Shown in pieces: positions 27,978 through 38,013 of a DNA stretch of 64,000 bases. Source of the stretch: an uncultured Pelagibacteraceae bacterium. GTDB taxonomy: Bacteria; Pseudomonadota; Alphaproteobacteria; Pelagibacterales; AG-422-B15. A program made the translations under genes and the position numbers. The notes below the pieces were generated by a model that ran no database searches, was not told the origin of the DNA, and saw nothing but the letters and a program-made list of their open reading frames with translations. Every line of letters begins with the position of its first letter. Position 1 is the first letter of the stretch. The stretch covers positions 3,283-67,282 of the forward strand of contig CACHAK010000005.1 in NCBI GenBank assembly GCA_902577765.1, written 5' to 3'.

Positions 27978-29481
27978 ATCAAACTATCTATTTGATGAAA
28001 TATTCAAATCTAACGAAACGAGTCCAAATATTTTTTTGATCAATGAAACTAAAGAGATAAGTTACTTAGAATTCAATGAAATTGTAAATCAAATTTCTAA
28101 TTACTTAATAGATATAAATTTATTACCAGGTGACCGCGTGGCCATACAGGCAGAAAAGAATGTAATTCAACTTGCTACATACGTAGCAACCGTTAAAGCT
28201 GGAGGTGTTTATCTGCCACTCAATACTGGCTATACCCTAAGTGAATTAGAATATTTCTTCAATGACGCCAAACCTAAGGTGATAATTGTCGATGACAAAA
28301 TTCAAAATGAAGTAAAAAACTTAGTGAGCTATTCTTCGGTTTCAATTTTATCATTAAATTTAGATGAAACTGGTTCATTGATTGAGCAGATAAAAAAATA
28401 TCCAAAAAAATTTCAATCTATTAAAAGAAACGAAAATGACTTAGCTGCCATTTTATATACATCCGGTACTACTGGAAAATCAAAAGGAGCGATGCTATCG
28501 CATAGAAATTTGGTTTCAAATTCTGAAGTTTTAAGAAAATTTTGGAAATTTACAGAAAATGATGTTCTTTTACATATGCTACCTATTTACCATACGCACG
28601 GTCTTTTTGTTGCATGTAATCTTCTTGCAATTGTCGGAGGATCAATGATTTTCTTGGAAAAATTTGATGCTGAAAAAGCCTTGCTTTGGATGAAAAGAGC
28701 CACATCCATGATGGGCGTGCCGACTTTTTATACAAGATTGTTGGCAAATGAAAAATTAAATAATGAGTCAGCAAAACACATGAGACTATTTATTTCTGGT
28801 TCAGCACCTTTACTTTCAGAAACCCACATTGAATTTGAAAAAAGAACTGGTAAAAAAATTCTTGAGAGATATGGCATGACAGAAACAAATATGAATATTT
28901 CAAATCCATATGACGGATCACGGAAAGCAGGCACAGTGGGCATACCTCTTCCAGGTATTGAAATAAGAATAGTCAATGAAGAAGGTAAGGAAGTAAAGGT
29001 GGGTCAAATAGGAACTATTGAACTTAAGGGCGAAAATATTTTCAAGGGGTACTGGGGAATGGAAGAAAAGACCAAAGAATCATTTAAAGATGATGGTTTC
29101 TTCATAACAGGTGATCTCGCAAAGAAAGATGAAAATGGCTACTTTACTATTGTTGGTAGAGATAAAGATATGATTATAAGCGGTGGACTAAATGTTTATC
29201 CTAAGGAAATAGAAGATGTGATAAATGAGTTACCAAATATTACAGAGTCAGCAGTTTTTGGTGTTCAACATGATGATTTTGGCGAAGCAGTTGTTGCAGC
29301 AGTAGTGACAACAGATGATAAAAATGATGATAGTCAAATATTGGATTATACAAAAGATAAAATTGCCAAATATAAACAGCCAAAAAAAATAATATTTATG
29401 TCAAATTTACCAAGAAATTCTATGGGCAAAGTTCAAAAAAATAAATTGAGAGAAAATAATAAAAGTTTATTTAAGAGTTAA
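27970..29481 (+). CDS. matB: Malonyl-CoA synthetase (MatB-like)
   Basis: YTSGTTGKSKGAM, LPIYHTHGLFV, ERYGMTET, PRNSMGKVQK. Likely start 27970. Confidence 0.8.
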   Translation: MTESNYLFDEIFKSNETSPNIFLINETKEISYLEFNEIVNQISNYLIDINLLPGDRVAIQAEKNVIQLATYVATVKAGGVYLPLNTGYTLSELEYFFNDAKPKVIIVDDKIQNEVKNLVSYSSVSILSLNLDETGSLIEQIKKYPKKFQSIKRNENDLAAILYTSGTTGKSKGAMLSHRNLVSNSEVLRKFWKFTENDVLLHMLPIYHTHGLFVACNLLAIVGGSMIFLEKFDAEKALLWMKRATSMMGVPTFYTRLLANEKLNNESAKHMRLFISGSAPLLSETHIEFEKRTGKKILERYGMTETNMNISNPYDGSRKAGTVGIPLPGIEIRIVNEEGKEVKVGQIGTIELKGENIFKGYWGMEEKTKESFKDDGFFITGDLAKKDENGYFTIVGRDKDMIISGGLNVYPKEIEDVINELPNITESAVFGVQHDDFGEAVVAAVVTTDDKNDDSQILDYTKDKIAKYKQPKKIIFMSNLPRNSMGKVQKNKLRENNKSLFKS

Positions 29482-30463
29482 CTTCTATCCAGTTATTGAT
29501 TTCCTCAACAAAGAAATCATCTTGTGGGGAGTTTAGAATTCCAATAATATCATGATAATTAAAGCCTCCTAAATTAGTATCGTTATTAATTATTTTCTTA
29601 GGTCCTTTCCATTGTTCAAATATTTTTTTAACTCCTTCAGCGTTTACTACTTTATCTTTTTCTTCATAAAATACTAATAGTGGAATCTTAGTCTCTTGAA
29701 ATTCAAGTTTCCTTCCAGAAAATGCCGCCACCCAAAGCTGTCTTGGAAGTTCCCTGTGAAATTCATTGACCCAAAAAGGATCCCATTCTTCATTTGGCAA
29801 GTCAAACATTCTAGGAAAATTAAACTTGTATTGGCTTTTAAAAAATAACCCAGTCGCCGCTAAGAAATAAGGAGGAGATAGCTTGGGAGTCCATGGCGCC
29901 ACAAGTACCAAATGATCAATTTTTTCACTTAAGTTCTGATCTTTTGCAGCCATTAATGCAAATGAACCTCCAGCTGAAAAACCCATTAATATAACTTTGT
30001 TTCCGATTTTATTGCCTACTGCAACGGCTTCGGCTGCATCTTCGAGAAAATTTTTGGCCTCCAGAAATTTTGTAGATTCAAAACCAGAGCCATGGCCAGC
30101 TAGTCTTGATATAAATAAATTAGCCTTTAATTTTTTGGCAATCTTTACCAAAACTTCTTCTTGTTGACGCCCCGTCGCAAAACTTCCATGAAGATAAACA
30201 ATTGAATATTCAGTTTTAATTTTCGCATCATCATGCCATATGATTTTTTTCTTTGCTCGGGGATCAGTATTCTCAAAAAGCAGTTCTTTTTCAGCAATAT
30301 AGCTTTCAACATCTTTATCAATGACAATATCAGGAAAAGTTATTTTTATTGTATTAAATAAATAGGGCAGAGTAATTCCTACAACAAAGACGACAGGCAC
30401 TATTAAAACAATAGCAACTATAAGCAATGCTCGATATAATTTAAACCTGGTAGCCCTAGACAT
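29471..30463 (-). CDS. Membrane-anchored alpha/beta hydrolase (esterase/lipase-like)
   Basis: N-terminal TM helix; YLHG, nucleophile elbow GFSAG, DKVV, H near the C-terminus. Confidence 0.8.
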   Translation of the reverse strand: MSRATRFKLYRALLIVAIVLIVPVVFVVGITLPYLFNTIKITFPDIVIDKDVESYIAEKELLFENTDPRAKKKIIWHDDAKIKTEYSIVYLHGSFATGRQQEEVLVKIAKKLKANLFISRLAGHGSGFESTKFLEAKNFLEDAAEAVAVGNKIGNKVILMGFSAGGSFALMAAKDQNLSEKIDHLVLVAPWTPKLSPPYFLAATGLFFKSQYKFNFPRMFDLPNEEWDPFWVNEFHRELPRQLWVAAFSGRKLEFQETKIPLLVFYEEKDKVVNAEGVKKIFEQWKGPKKIINNDTNLGGFNYHDIIGILNSPQDDFFVEEINNWIEVNS

Positions 30464-30839
30464 TTACACTTGTATATGAGCAAATTTTGTTACCATCTGG
30501 GTCTCTGATGTATGCATAATAAACATTACTGTCGCTTGGTCTAAAACCTGGATCACCTTCATTTTGTGCTCCAAGTCCTAAAGCAGTTTTGTGAAACTTA
30601 TCAACTTGTTCTTTTGACTCGGTCAAAAAGGATATCTGTGTACCATTTCCAAATGTAACAGGCTTTCCATTTGCCGGTTTGGTTATATAGAACTCAACAT
30701 CTTGTTTCCCCTCTCGAGCATAACCTACACACACCTCATCCTCATAAATTGAAACTATTCCCATTACTGCGAGGACAACATCGTAGAATGCTTTAGATTC
30801 TTTTAAATTACTTGACCCAACCATTACGTATCCTCTCAT
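30456..30839 (-). CDS. VOC/glyoxalase family protein
   Basis: FYDVVL, GNGTQISF, YYAYIRDPDGNKI. Confidence 0.9.
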   Translation of the reverse strand: MRGYVMVGSSNLKESKAFYDVVLAVMGIVSIYEDEVCVGYAREGKQDVEFYITKPANGKPVTFGNGTQISFLTESKEQVDKFHKTALGLGAQNEGDPGFRPSDSNVYYAYIRDPDGNKICSYTSVNV

Positions 30840-30851
30840 TATCTATCCTTT

Positions 30852-32015
30852 CTATGAATATTGCTTTGATGTTACTTCCTCAAGCATGAGAATCATTTTG
30901 GCTTTATAGTCTTCATCAGTTGCTGAGTCGGTTTCTAAAACAGAAAAAAAACTTGCAACAACATTTGTTTCTAAGTTAATCATTAAAAATTGCCCACCGT
31001 ATCCAGAATGCCCAATCCAATTATTAGATTTCATAGTTTGATTTGCATAATAAACATATTTTTCATCTTTTAAGTGCATATATTTTGGACCTTTTTCAAA
31101 AACTGTATCATCAATAAATTTACGAGAGCCAGCTAATCTATTTCTGATCCCAAGACCTTTTCTTGAGAAATGCAGTCCCATGCGTAGCAAATCTCTTGCA
31201 ACAAGACAACCACCACCGGACAGCCATGGCATCCCACCTCTATCTGTTGCCATATACAAACCATCTTCAAGACCCATTGCTTCTACTGACGAGAGAAGCC
31301 ACTCTCGCAGCTCTCTTCCACTTAATTTTTCAATTAGTAGAGCAATCACATCGCTGTTTGCTGACTTATAAAATGCTTTATCAGAATTGTTTATTACAGA
31401 ATTAGTTCCATCTGTTTGAATACTGTTCAAGAAATCTTCTTGAAACTTTTCATCTTTATCTTTATCTGGTATTCGCCAGCCACCAACAGTTTCATGCATA
31501 AATGATGTTGAATACGGATCAGTATAATCTTCGGTAAAAGCATTAATAATGTTCATATTTAATACGTTTTGAACCGTCGCTTTTGAATATCCTTCTCCAA
31601 TATTGGGCAAATAATAGCCAATAGGTTTTTCCAATTGCAATTCACCTTTCTCAACTAATTCACCGACAAATAGATTTAAAAACATCTTTGAAATTGACAT
31701 TATTGTATGCGGTGTTTCAGAAGAGAAATCTTTTGCATATTTCTCAAAAAATATTTCTTGCCCTCTTCCAACTATTAAAGAACAAAAAGATTTATGGCTC
31801 GTCATTTCCCTTACTGAGTTTATTTTATCTATTTCATCTTTACTGTTCTCATTAAGCAAAAGAACGTAATCTGATCTTAACAAAAGACCATATCTGTTTA
31901 TTTTATGAAGATTCCTATAGCCAGTTCTTCTATATTCAGGCAGGTTCCATTTAGCTTTATTGTTGCGTAATGTTACAAGAGTTGGGTTTGGGGTATCGAC
32001 TAACTTATTAACCAT
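30852..32015 (-). CDS. Serine hydrolase, beta-lactamase class C / NylB-like fold
   Basis: SxxK (MSISK), Y-x-S (YKSAN), GHSGYGGQ. Confidence 0.85.
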   Translation of the reverse strand: MVNKLVDTPNPTLVTLRNNKAKWNLPEYRRTGYRNLHKINRYGLLLRSDYVLLLNENSKDEIDKINSVREMTSHKSFCSLIVGRGQEIFFEKYAKDFSSETPHTIMSISKMFLNLFVGELVEKGELQLEKPIGYYLPNIGEGYSKATVQNVLNMNIINAFTEDYTDPYSTSFMHETVGGWRIPDKDKDEKFQEDFLNSIQTDGTNSVINNSDKAFYKSANSDVIALLIEKLSGRELREWLLSSVEAMGLEDGLYMATDRGGMPWLSGGGCLVARDLLRMGLHFSRKGLGIRNRLAGSRKFIDDTVFEKGPKYMHLKDEKYVYYANQTMKSNNWIGHSGYGGQFLMINLETNVVASFFSVLETDSATDEDYKAKMILMLEEVTSKQYS

Positions 32016-33432
32016 TAATTATATTAGGTTTTATTTTTGAATGATTAAAGATTTCTTCATAATATTTTCCAATTTGTATAACTTTTTCATCTGATTTATT
32101 TTTTCCAATTAATTGCATACCCATTGGCAGTCCCTCAGCATTAAAGCCAACTGGTAATGAGATGGTAGGCAATTGAAACATGCTTGCAAATACCGTAACT
32201 TCCATCCAGCGATGGTATGTGTCCATCTGGGTTTTTGAAATACTTTTTGGAAAATCTATTTCTTTGTTAAATGGAAATAATTGTGCTGATGGTAAAGCAA
32301 TAAAATCATAGTTTTCAAATATACTATCGACATACTTTTTATAATTATTATACCAATCAATGGAATTAGAAACTTGATCGTCTGAAACTTTACTTCCTTC
32401 TTCGTATTCCCATTTAGCTGGAAAGCTTAGTTCATTAAAATCCTTAATTTGCATTGCAGAAATATCATTAAATGTGATTTTTGACCTGAGAGTGCACCAT
32501 GTATCCCATAGTTTATCTGGATCAATATTAACTTTGCATTGTTCTACAAATATCTTTTTGTCTGTTTCCACGAGTTTGTTTAAAGAAGCTTCGCATAATT
32601 CTATAATTCCTTCTTCAAAAGAATAGTGTTCAACAAAGTTACTAATCCAACCAATCTTTATTTCACTAGATAAATTTTTAGTTATTGACTGAAATGAACC
32701 CTCAAAGTTAAACGAGTAGGGATCTTCTATATCTTTTCCAACGACGGCATCTAAAAAAATACTTAAGTCATCAGGTGTTCTGGCAAGTCCACCTGGAGTC
32801 GTCAATACAGGAAATTTACTGGTTTCTCTTTTATCAGATATCAGTCCAGGAGATGGTCTAAAACCATATAGATTTGTGAAAGCTGCAGGGTTTCTGCAAG
32901 AGCCCATCATGTCGGTACCATCAGAAAATGGTATGAGGCAGCTGGCTACAGCTGCTGACGCTCCTCCGCTTGAGCCGCCAGGTGATAGATTATAGTTATA
33001 AGGATTTGAAACTGGATCAAATAATTTATTCTTTGTATGAGATCCAATTGCTAGTTCTGCCATATTTGATTTTCCAATAATTGTGGCTCCTTGATGCTTT
33101 ATTTTTTTTACAATTAACGAGTCATTTTGTGGAAAATTATTTTGATATTCAAGTATTCCATAAGTAGTTGGCAGTCCAGTGACGTCGAATAATTCTTTTG
33201 AAACAAATGGAAGCCCAAATAAAATTTGTTTTCTTGTAACATCAACTTTTTGTGCATCTTGTGCCTTTGCTTTATCTATAATCCAATCTTTGTCTCTCAG
33301 TGACACAATGGCGTTAAGCTTAGGATTAAGCTTTTCAATATTGGACAAGTATTCTTGAAAAAGCTCTTCAACTTTTATTTCTTTTTTAGAAATTAAATCA
33401 ATTTGTTTCCGAACAGATAAATGAGTAATCAT
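32008..33432 (-). CDS. Amidase signature family amidase
   Basis: Lys in FVSKELF, PGGSSGG, GTDMMGSCRNPA. Confidence 0.9.
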   Translation of the reverse strand: MITHLSVRKQIDLISKKEIKVEELFQEYLSNIEKLNPKLNAIVSLRDKDWIIDKAKAQDAQKVDVTRKQILFGLPFVSKELFDVTGLPTTYGILEYQNNFPQNDSLIVKKIKHQGATIIGKSNMAELAIGSHTKNKLFDPVSNPYNYNLSPGGSSGGASAAVASCLIPFSDGTDMMGSCRNPAAFTNLYGFRPSPGLISDKRETSKFPVLTTPGGLARTPDDLSIFLDAVVGKDIEDPYSFNFEGSFQSITKNLSSEIKIGWISNFVEHYSFEEGIIELCEASLNKLVETDKKIFVEQCKVNIDPDKLWDTWCTLRSKITFNDISAMQIKDFNELSFPAKWEYEEGSKVSDDQVSNSIDWYNNYKKYVDSIFENYDFIALPSAQLFPFNKEIDFPKSISKTQMDTYHRWMEVTVFASMFQLPTISLPVGFNAEGLPMGMQLIGKNKSDEKVIQIGKYYEEIFNHSKIKPNIING

Positions 33433-33444
33433 CTACGAGGTTTT

Positions 33445-34635
33445 TTATCGAGCTCCAAAAATACTGACCTTGACGAGCTCTCTAACATCATCCAATGTGG
33501 CTGAACGAGGGTTAGTACCAAAGGCTGTATCAATCATTGACTTTTCAGATATTCTCTCAATACAATCTTCTGGAACACCAATTTCATTTAAACCCTTAGG
33601 TATCTTAATTCGATCAAGAATTTTTTCCATGCTTTCGATAAAATGATTTGCACTATGATCTTTATATTGCATTGCCTGAGCCATTCTCATCACTTTCTCT
33701 TCCATATCTGGTAGGTTGTATCTTAGAACTGCTGGCAAAATAATAGCATTAGTTAGTCCGTGATGCGTATTAAATTCTGCTCCAACCATATGCGCAATAG
33801 CGTGCACAAGACCCAGCCCTTTTATAAAAGAAACTCCTCCCAAGCACGAGGCAACTAACATAGCCCCTCTTGCTTCAAGATTATTTGGCTCTTCTACAGC
33901 TGTAATAAGTGATTTAGAAATTAAGTTTAGACTTTCGAGTGCGGCGCCGTCACATAAGGGGTGAAAACCTGGCACACAATAACCTTCAATTGAGTGAATC
34001 ATTGCATCTGCACCTGTCCATGCTGTAAGGTTTGAGGGCAATCCCAACGTTAGTTCAGGATCGAGCAATGCCAATGAAGGCTTCAATTCAGGATGCATTA
34101 TACAAAGTTTAATTCCTTGTTTTGTATCTGTTACCATTGCTGTGCTCTCTGTTTCAGCTCCTGTTCCAGCTGTTGTAGGAATTGTAATAAGTTTAGGAAA
34201 TTTATTATTTGGTCCAATGACTTGAGGTGTCTTCTCCCACTCAAAGTCAAATAACTCAATATCATTATTAGCAGTTAGACAAATTGACTTGCCACCATCC
34301 ATGGCACTTCCGCCGCCAATAGCAATTATTGCATCGTGATTGTTATCATTGAAAAGTTTTTTTCCTGATGCAATTTCATCATCTCTTGGGTTGGGTGAAA
34401 TTTTTGAGTAAATACCCGAATTAATTTTCGATTTTTTTAAAATTTCAACCAAGTTATCAATGAAGGGAAGATCAACACTGCCACTATCAGTGACAATAAG
34501 TGGATTGGTTATCTCATTCTCAGAACAATAAGTTCCTATTTCGGAAAATCTACCTGGACCATATGCTATCGGTACAGGGAAGCCCCAATCTTGAGGGGCA
34601 AGAATTTCTTCTTTGTTCAAATTGAAAAGCGTCAT
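33445..34635 (-). CDS. Iron-containing alcohol dehydrogenase
   Basis: GGGSAMD, TTAGTGAE, DAMIH, VHAIAH, HHG. Confidence 0.9.
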   Translation of the reverse strand: MTLFNLNKEEILAPQDWGFPVPIAYGPGRFSEIGTYCSENEITNPLIVTDSGSVDLPFIDNLVEILKKSKINSGIYSKISPNPRDDEIASGKKLFNDNNHDAIIAIGGGSAMDGGKSICLTANNDIELFDFEWEKTPQVIGPNNKFPKLITIPTTAGTGAETESTAMVTDTKQGIKLCIMHPELKPSLALLDPELTLGLPSNLTAWTGADAMIHSIEGYCVPGFHPLCDGAALESLNLISKSLITAVEEPNNLEARGAMLVASCLGGVSFIKGLGLVHAIAHMVGAEFNTHHGLTNAIILPAVLRYNLPDMEEKVMRMAQAMQYKDHSANHFIESMEKILDRIKIPKGLNEIGVPEDCIERISEKSMIDTAFGTNPRSATLDDVRELVKVSIFGAR

Positions 34636-34655
34636 GGTTTATTTATTTAAATTAA

Positions 34656-35696
34656 TTAAGATGTCATTGATTTTAAGACAATTGACCGATCAATTTCACC
34701 AATTAGTTCTCCTGAAACTGCATCGATTACAGGATATTTTTTGTCAGTGTCAGCTATCTGATTAATTAAAGTATCGATTTTAACGTCACTTTTAATACAC
34801 TCATTGCCCTGGGCAAACAGGGTTTTTGTATCTTCGCAGCATTCTTTTCTTGCGCATTTACCCGCACTTAAAACTTTGTATTTGGGAACATCTTCAGTGA
34901 AGTCTTTTACATATTGATCTACGGGATTTGCAACAATTTCCTCTGGTGTACCAACTTGTGATATTTCTCCATCTTTCATTATCGCAATATGATCACCCAT
35001 TTTAATAGCTTCAGAAAAATCATGCGTAATAAATACCATTGTTTTTTGAACCATTTTTTGAATGCTAATCAACTCGTCTTGCATTTCCCTTCTAATCAAT
35101 GGATCCAGTGCCGAGAAAGGTTCGTCAAAAATTAGAATTTCTGGATCAACCGCTAGAGCTCTAGCTAGTCCAACTCTTTGCTGCATTCCACCTGATAATT
35201 CACGAGGGTAATGTTGATCCCAACCTTCTAGTCCTACAAGGTTAAGTGTTTCCATTGACTTATCTAAACGATCTTTTTTATTTACCCCCCTTATTTCAAG
35301 TCCATAGCCTATATTTTCTATCACTCTTCTATGAGGAAAAAGACCAAAGTGCTGAAATACCATACTCATTCTATTACGCCTCAGGTCTGTTAAATCTTTA
35401 TTACTCATTTGTGTAACATCTTGATTATCAATTTTTACTTCACCTGCTGTTGGCTCAATCAGTCTTGATAAACATCTTACTAATGTAGATTTGCCACTAC
35501 CTGATAAACCCATTACAACGAACGTTTCACCTTTTTGAACTGAGAAACTCACATCTTTAACTGCAACCACATGTCCAGTTTTTTCTTGTACTTCACTTCT
35601 TGAGAGGTTTTTGTCTAAATTTATAAGAACATTTTTTTCATTCGGCCCAAATACCTTCCATATATTTGTGCAAACTATTTTGTCGTTTTTTTCCAT
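34656..35696 (-). CDS. Betaine/proline-type ABC transporter ATPase (ProV/OpuAA-like)
   Basis: GLSGSGKS, LSGGMQQR, DEPFSALD. Confidence 0.95.
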   Translation of the reverse strand: MEKNDKIVCTNIWKVFGPNEKNVLINLDKNLSRSEVQEKTGHVVAVKDVSFSVQKGETFVVMGLSGSGKSTLVRCLSRLIEPTAGEVKIDNQDVTQMSNKDLTDLRRNRMSMVFQHFGLFPHRRVIENIGYGLEIRGVNKKDRLDKSMETLNLVGLEGWDQHYPRELSGGMQQRVGLARALAVDPEILIFDEPFSALDPLIRREMQDELISIQKMVQKTMVFITHDFSEAIKMGDHIAIMKDGEISQVGTPEEIVANPVDQYVKDFTEDVPKYKVLSAGKCARKECCEDTKTLFAQGNECIKSDVKIDTLINQIADTDKKYPVIDAVSGELIGEIDRSIVLKSMTS

Positions 35697-35701
35697 TATT
35701 T

Positions 35702-35731
35702 TTGAGTGCTTTATCTGCTGAATGTTATACT
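35702..35731 (+). promoter_or_regulatory. Sigma70 promoter with extended -10 upstream of the permease
   Basis: TTGAGT (35702-07), 18-nt spacer, TGnTATACT (35723-31). Confidence 0.5.
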
Positions 35732-35782
35732 ATGTTGAGGATTTTTGAATAATTTATTTAACCTTTAGAAATACTATTTTAC

Positions 35783-37903
35783 ATGGCATTAACGCAAGAT
35801 ACATCGCTTTTATCTTCTAAAGGTAGTACTCAGAGTCTTATTATTCCTGGGCTTATTTTTACTATAATTCTAGCTTCAATCTGGCTTGCATTTCAGGGAG
35901 AAGATGTTTCAGAATTTCCTGTCTTTATAACTGATGCTTTTACTTTTACGGCTTGGGTCAATGCTGGTGAAGACTTTTTAAAAGATAATATTAAAGTTTA
36001 TACAAGGATGGTTGCTGGTTATGTAAAAGACCTTTATTTGATGCTCGAGGATTTTTTACTAGATTCATCTTGGGTATTTATAGCAGCGCTATTACTCATT
36101 CCATCACTTGCATTCGGTGGAATTAAATTAGGTTTTCTCGTTCTTTTTGGCACCATGTATTGGGGAATGGTTGGACTTTGGGATTCTGCTATGGAAACTC
36201 TCGCTCTTATGGGTCTATCAGTATTTTTGTCTGTAGCCGTTGGAGTGATTCTTGGGATTTTTTGTGCATTAAGTGATCGTTTTGAGAGAAATATGAAACC
36301 AGCGCTCGACATAATGCAAGTGATGCCAGCATTTGTTTATCTTATTCCAGCAATGTTTTTCTTTGGAATTGGAGGCGCACCTGCAATTCTTGCAACAATG
36401 ATTTATTCAATGCCTCCTATTATTCGTCTTACAAACTTGGGAATACGTCAAGTACCCAATGAAACAGTAGAAACAGCAACAGCTTTTGGCTCTAGTAAGA
36501 GTCAAATTTTATTCAAAGTACAAATTCCATTAGCTCTTCCTAGCATCATGATGGGCGTTAACCAAACAATAATGATGGCATTGGCACTGGTTGTTTTAGC
36601 AACGTTTATTGGTGCTCAAGGTCTAGGCTCAGATATTTGGGTATCGATAAAAAAACTAGAAGTTGGAGCTGCTTTGGAGGGGGGTATTTGTGTTCTTTTA
36701 ATGGCAATTATGTTCGATAGATTTGGCAAAGCTGCTAGCCGAGAAACAGTAACTCTACCATCTGATAGTCAAAAATTTTATCTTTTACCACAAACATGGG
36801 ATATTTATCCTATTGCTCGACAAGTTGAAAAACCTTTTCAATTAATCCATTTCGCATTTGCATTTCTATTTTCAAGTATTATCAAAATTTTATCTTTCAT
36901 TTTAAATTCAGCTATTTCTCTATTTAATAAGGATTATGGTTCAGCGATTGCACAATTTATAAATGCTCATTATTTCTTTTTCTCTGGATTACTGATATTA
37001 ATAGGCATCACTTATTATGATGCGAATGTTGCAGCAATAGGAAGTTTTCCAGATGCATGGAATCTTTCAATAAGAGAGGAAATTTCTGCTGGTATAAAGT
37101 CATTAGTTGTTAATGATACTTTCATTTCAATTACCAAAGCAATCAGATCTTCTATTGTCATTTACCTTCTAAGACCATTTGATTTTTATCTAACATATTT
37201 ACCGTATTGGTTCACTATCAGTGTTTTGGTGTTAATTAGCTGGAAATCTGTTGGAATTAGATTTGCGGTTATTACAGCTATTCTTCTAACATTCATAGGT
37301 GCTTGCAATATTTGGACTGAAGCAATGATTACTCTTTCTTCAGTGCTTATCTCTGTCCTTTTATGTTTTGTAATTGGCGTACCAATAGGTATCTTGGCGT
37401 CTTACAGTAAAAGATTTCAAAATATCAATGAGGTAATCCTAGATGCAATGCAAACATTGCCATATTTTTGTTACCTTGTTCCAGTTTTAATGTTTTTTGG
37501 TGGTGGAGCATTTTCTGCACTGCTCGCAACAATTATATATTCTATTCCTCCAATTATTCGTTTAACTGTATTGGGCTTATCTCAAGTATCTTCTACGTAT
37601 TCTGAGGTTTCAAGGTCTTTTGGGGGATCAACTTTGCAGACTTTGAATAAAATTAAATTTCCTTTAGCGGTTCCAAGTTTAGTCATGGGGTTCAACCAAA
37701 CAGTAATGATGGCGTTTGCGATGCAAATAGTAACTCCCCTAATCGGTGGAAAAGGTCTGGGACTTGAAGTTTTCAATGGTTTAGCTCGATCCGATACGGG
37801 AAGAGCTCTTGCCGCTGGAGTAGGCATTTGTTTATTAGCAATAATTATTGATAGAATAAGCCTCGCTTGGACAAAAAAACAAAGGGACGCGCTTGGTTTG
37901 TAA
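35783..37903 (+). CDS. Fused double ProW/OpuAB-type ABC permease
   Basis: Two repeats of D.MQ..P.F.YL.P and two EAA loops (ETATAFG, EVSRSFG) in 706 aa. Confidence 0.9.
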   Translation: MALTQDTSLLSSKGSTQSLIIPGLIFTIILASIWLAFQGEDVSEFPVFITDAFTFTAWVNAGEDFLKDNIKVYTRMVAGYVKDLYLMLEDFLLDSSWVFIAALLLIPSLAFGGIKLGFLVLFGTMYWGMVGLWDSAMETLALMGLSVFLSVAVGVILGIFCALSDRFERNMKPALDIMQVMPAFVYLIPAMFFFGIGGAPAILATMIYSMPPIIRLTNLGIRQVPNETVETATAFGSSKSQILFKVQIPLALPSIMMGVNQTIMMALALVVLATFIGAQGLGSDIWVSIKKLEVGAALEGGICVLLMAIMFDRFGKAASRETVTLPSDSQKFYLLPQTWDIYPIARQVEKPFQLIHFAFAFLFSSIIKILSFILNSAISLFNKDYGSAIAQFINAHYFFFSGLLILIGITYYDANVAAIGSFPDAWNLSIREEISAGIKSLVVNDTFISITKAIRSSIVIYLLRPFDFYLTYLPYWFTISVLVLISWKSVGIRFAVITAILLTFIGACNIWTEAMITLSSVLISVLLCFVIGVPIGILASYSKRFQNINEVILDAMQTLPYFCYLVPVLMFFGGGAFSALLATIIYSIPPIIRLTVLGLSQVSSTYSEVSRSFGGSTLQTLNKIKFPLAVPSLVMGFNQTVMMAFAMQIVTPLIGGKGLGLEVFNGLARSDTGRALAAGVGICLLAIIIDRISLAWTKKQRDALGL

Positions 37904-38013
37904 ATATTTCCATATTTTAGGCTAAAAATTTGATATATTTGTTTATTTAAAAAAGTTTATTTCAATCTATTAGTAAGCTAGGATAAGCTCTTTTTTTAAA
38001 AATGGGGTAAAAT

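Noticed and set aside
30852-33432. Nylon-oligomer degradation (nylA/nylB)
   Set aside because: Only fold-level similarity; both families are large and substrate cannot be read from the motifs.
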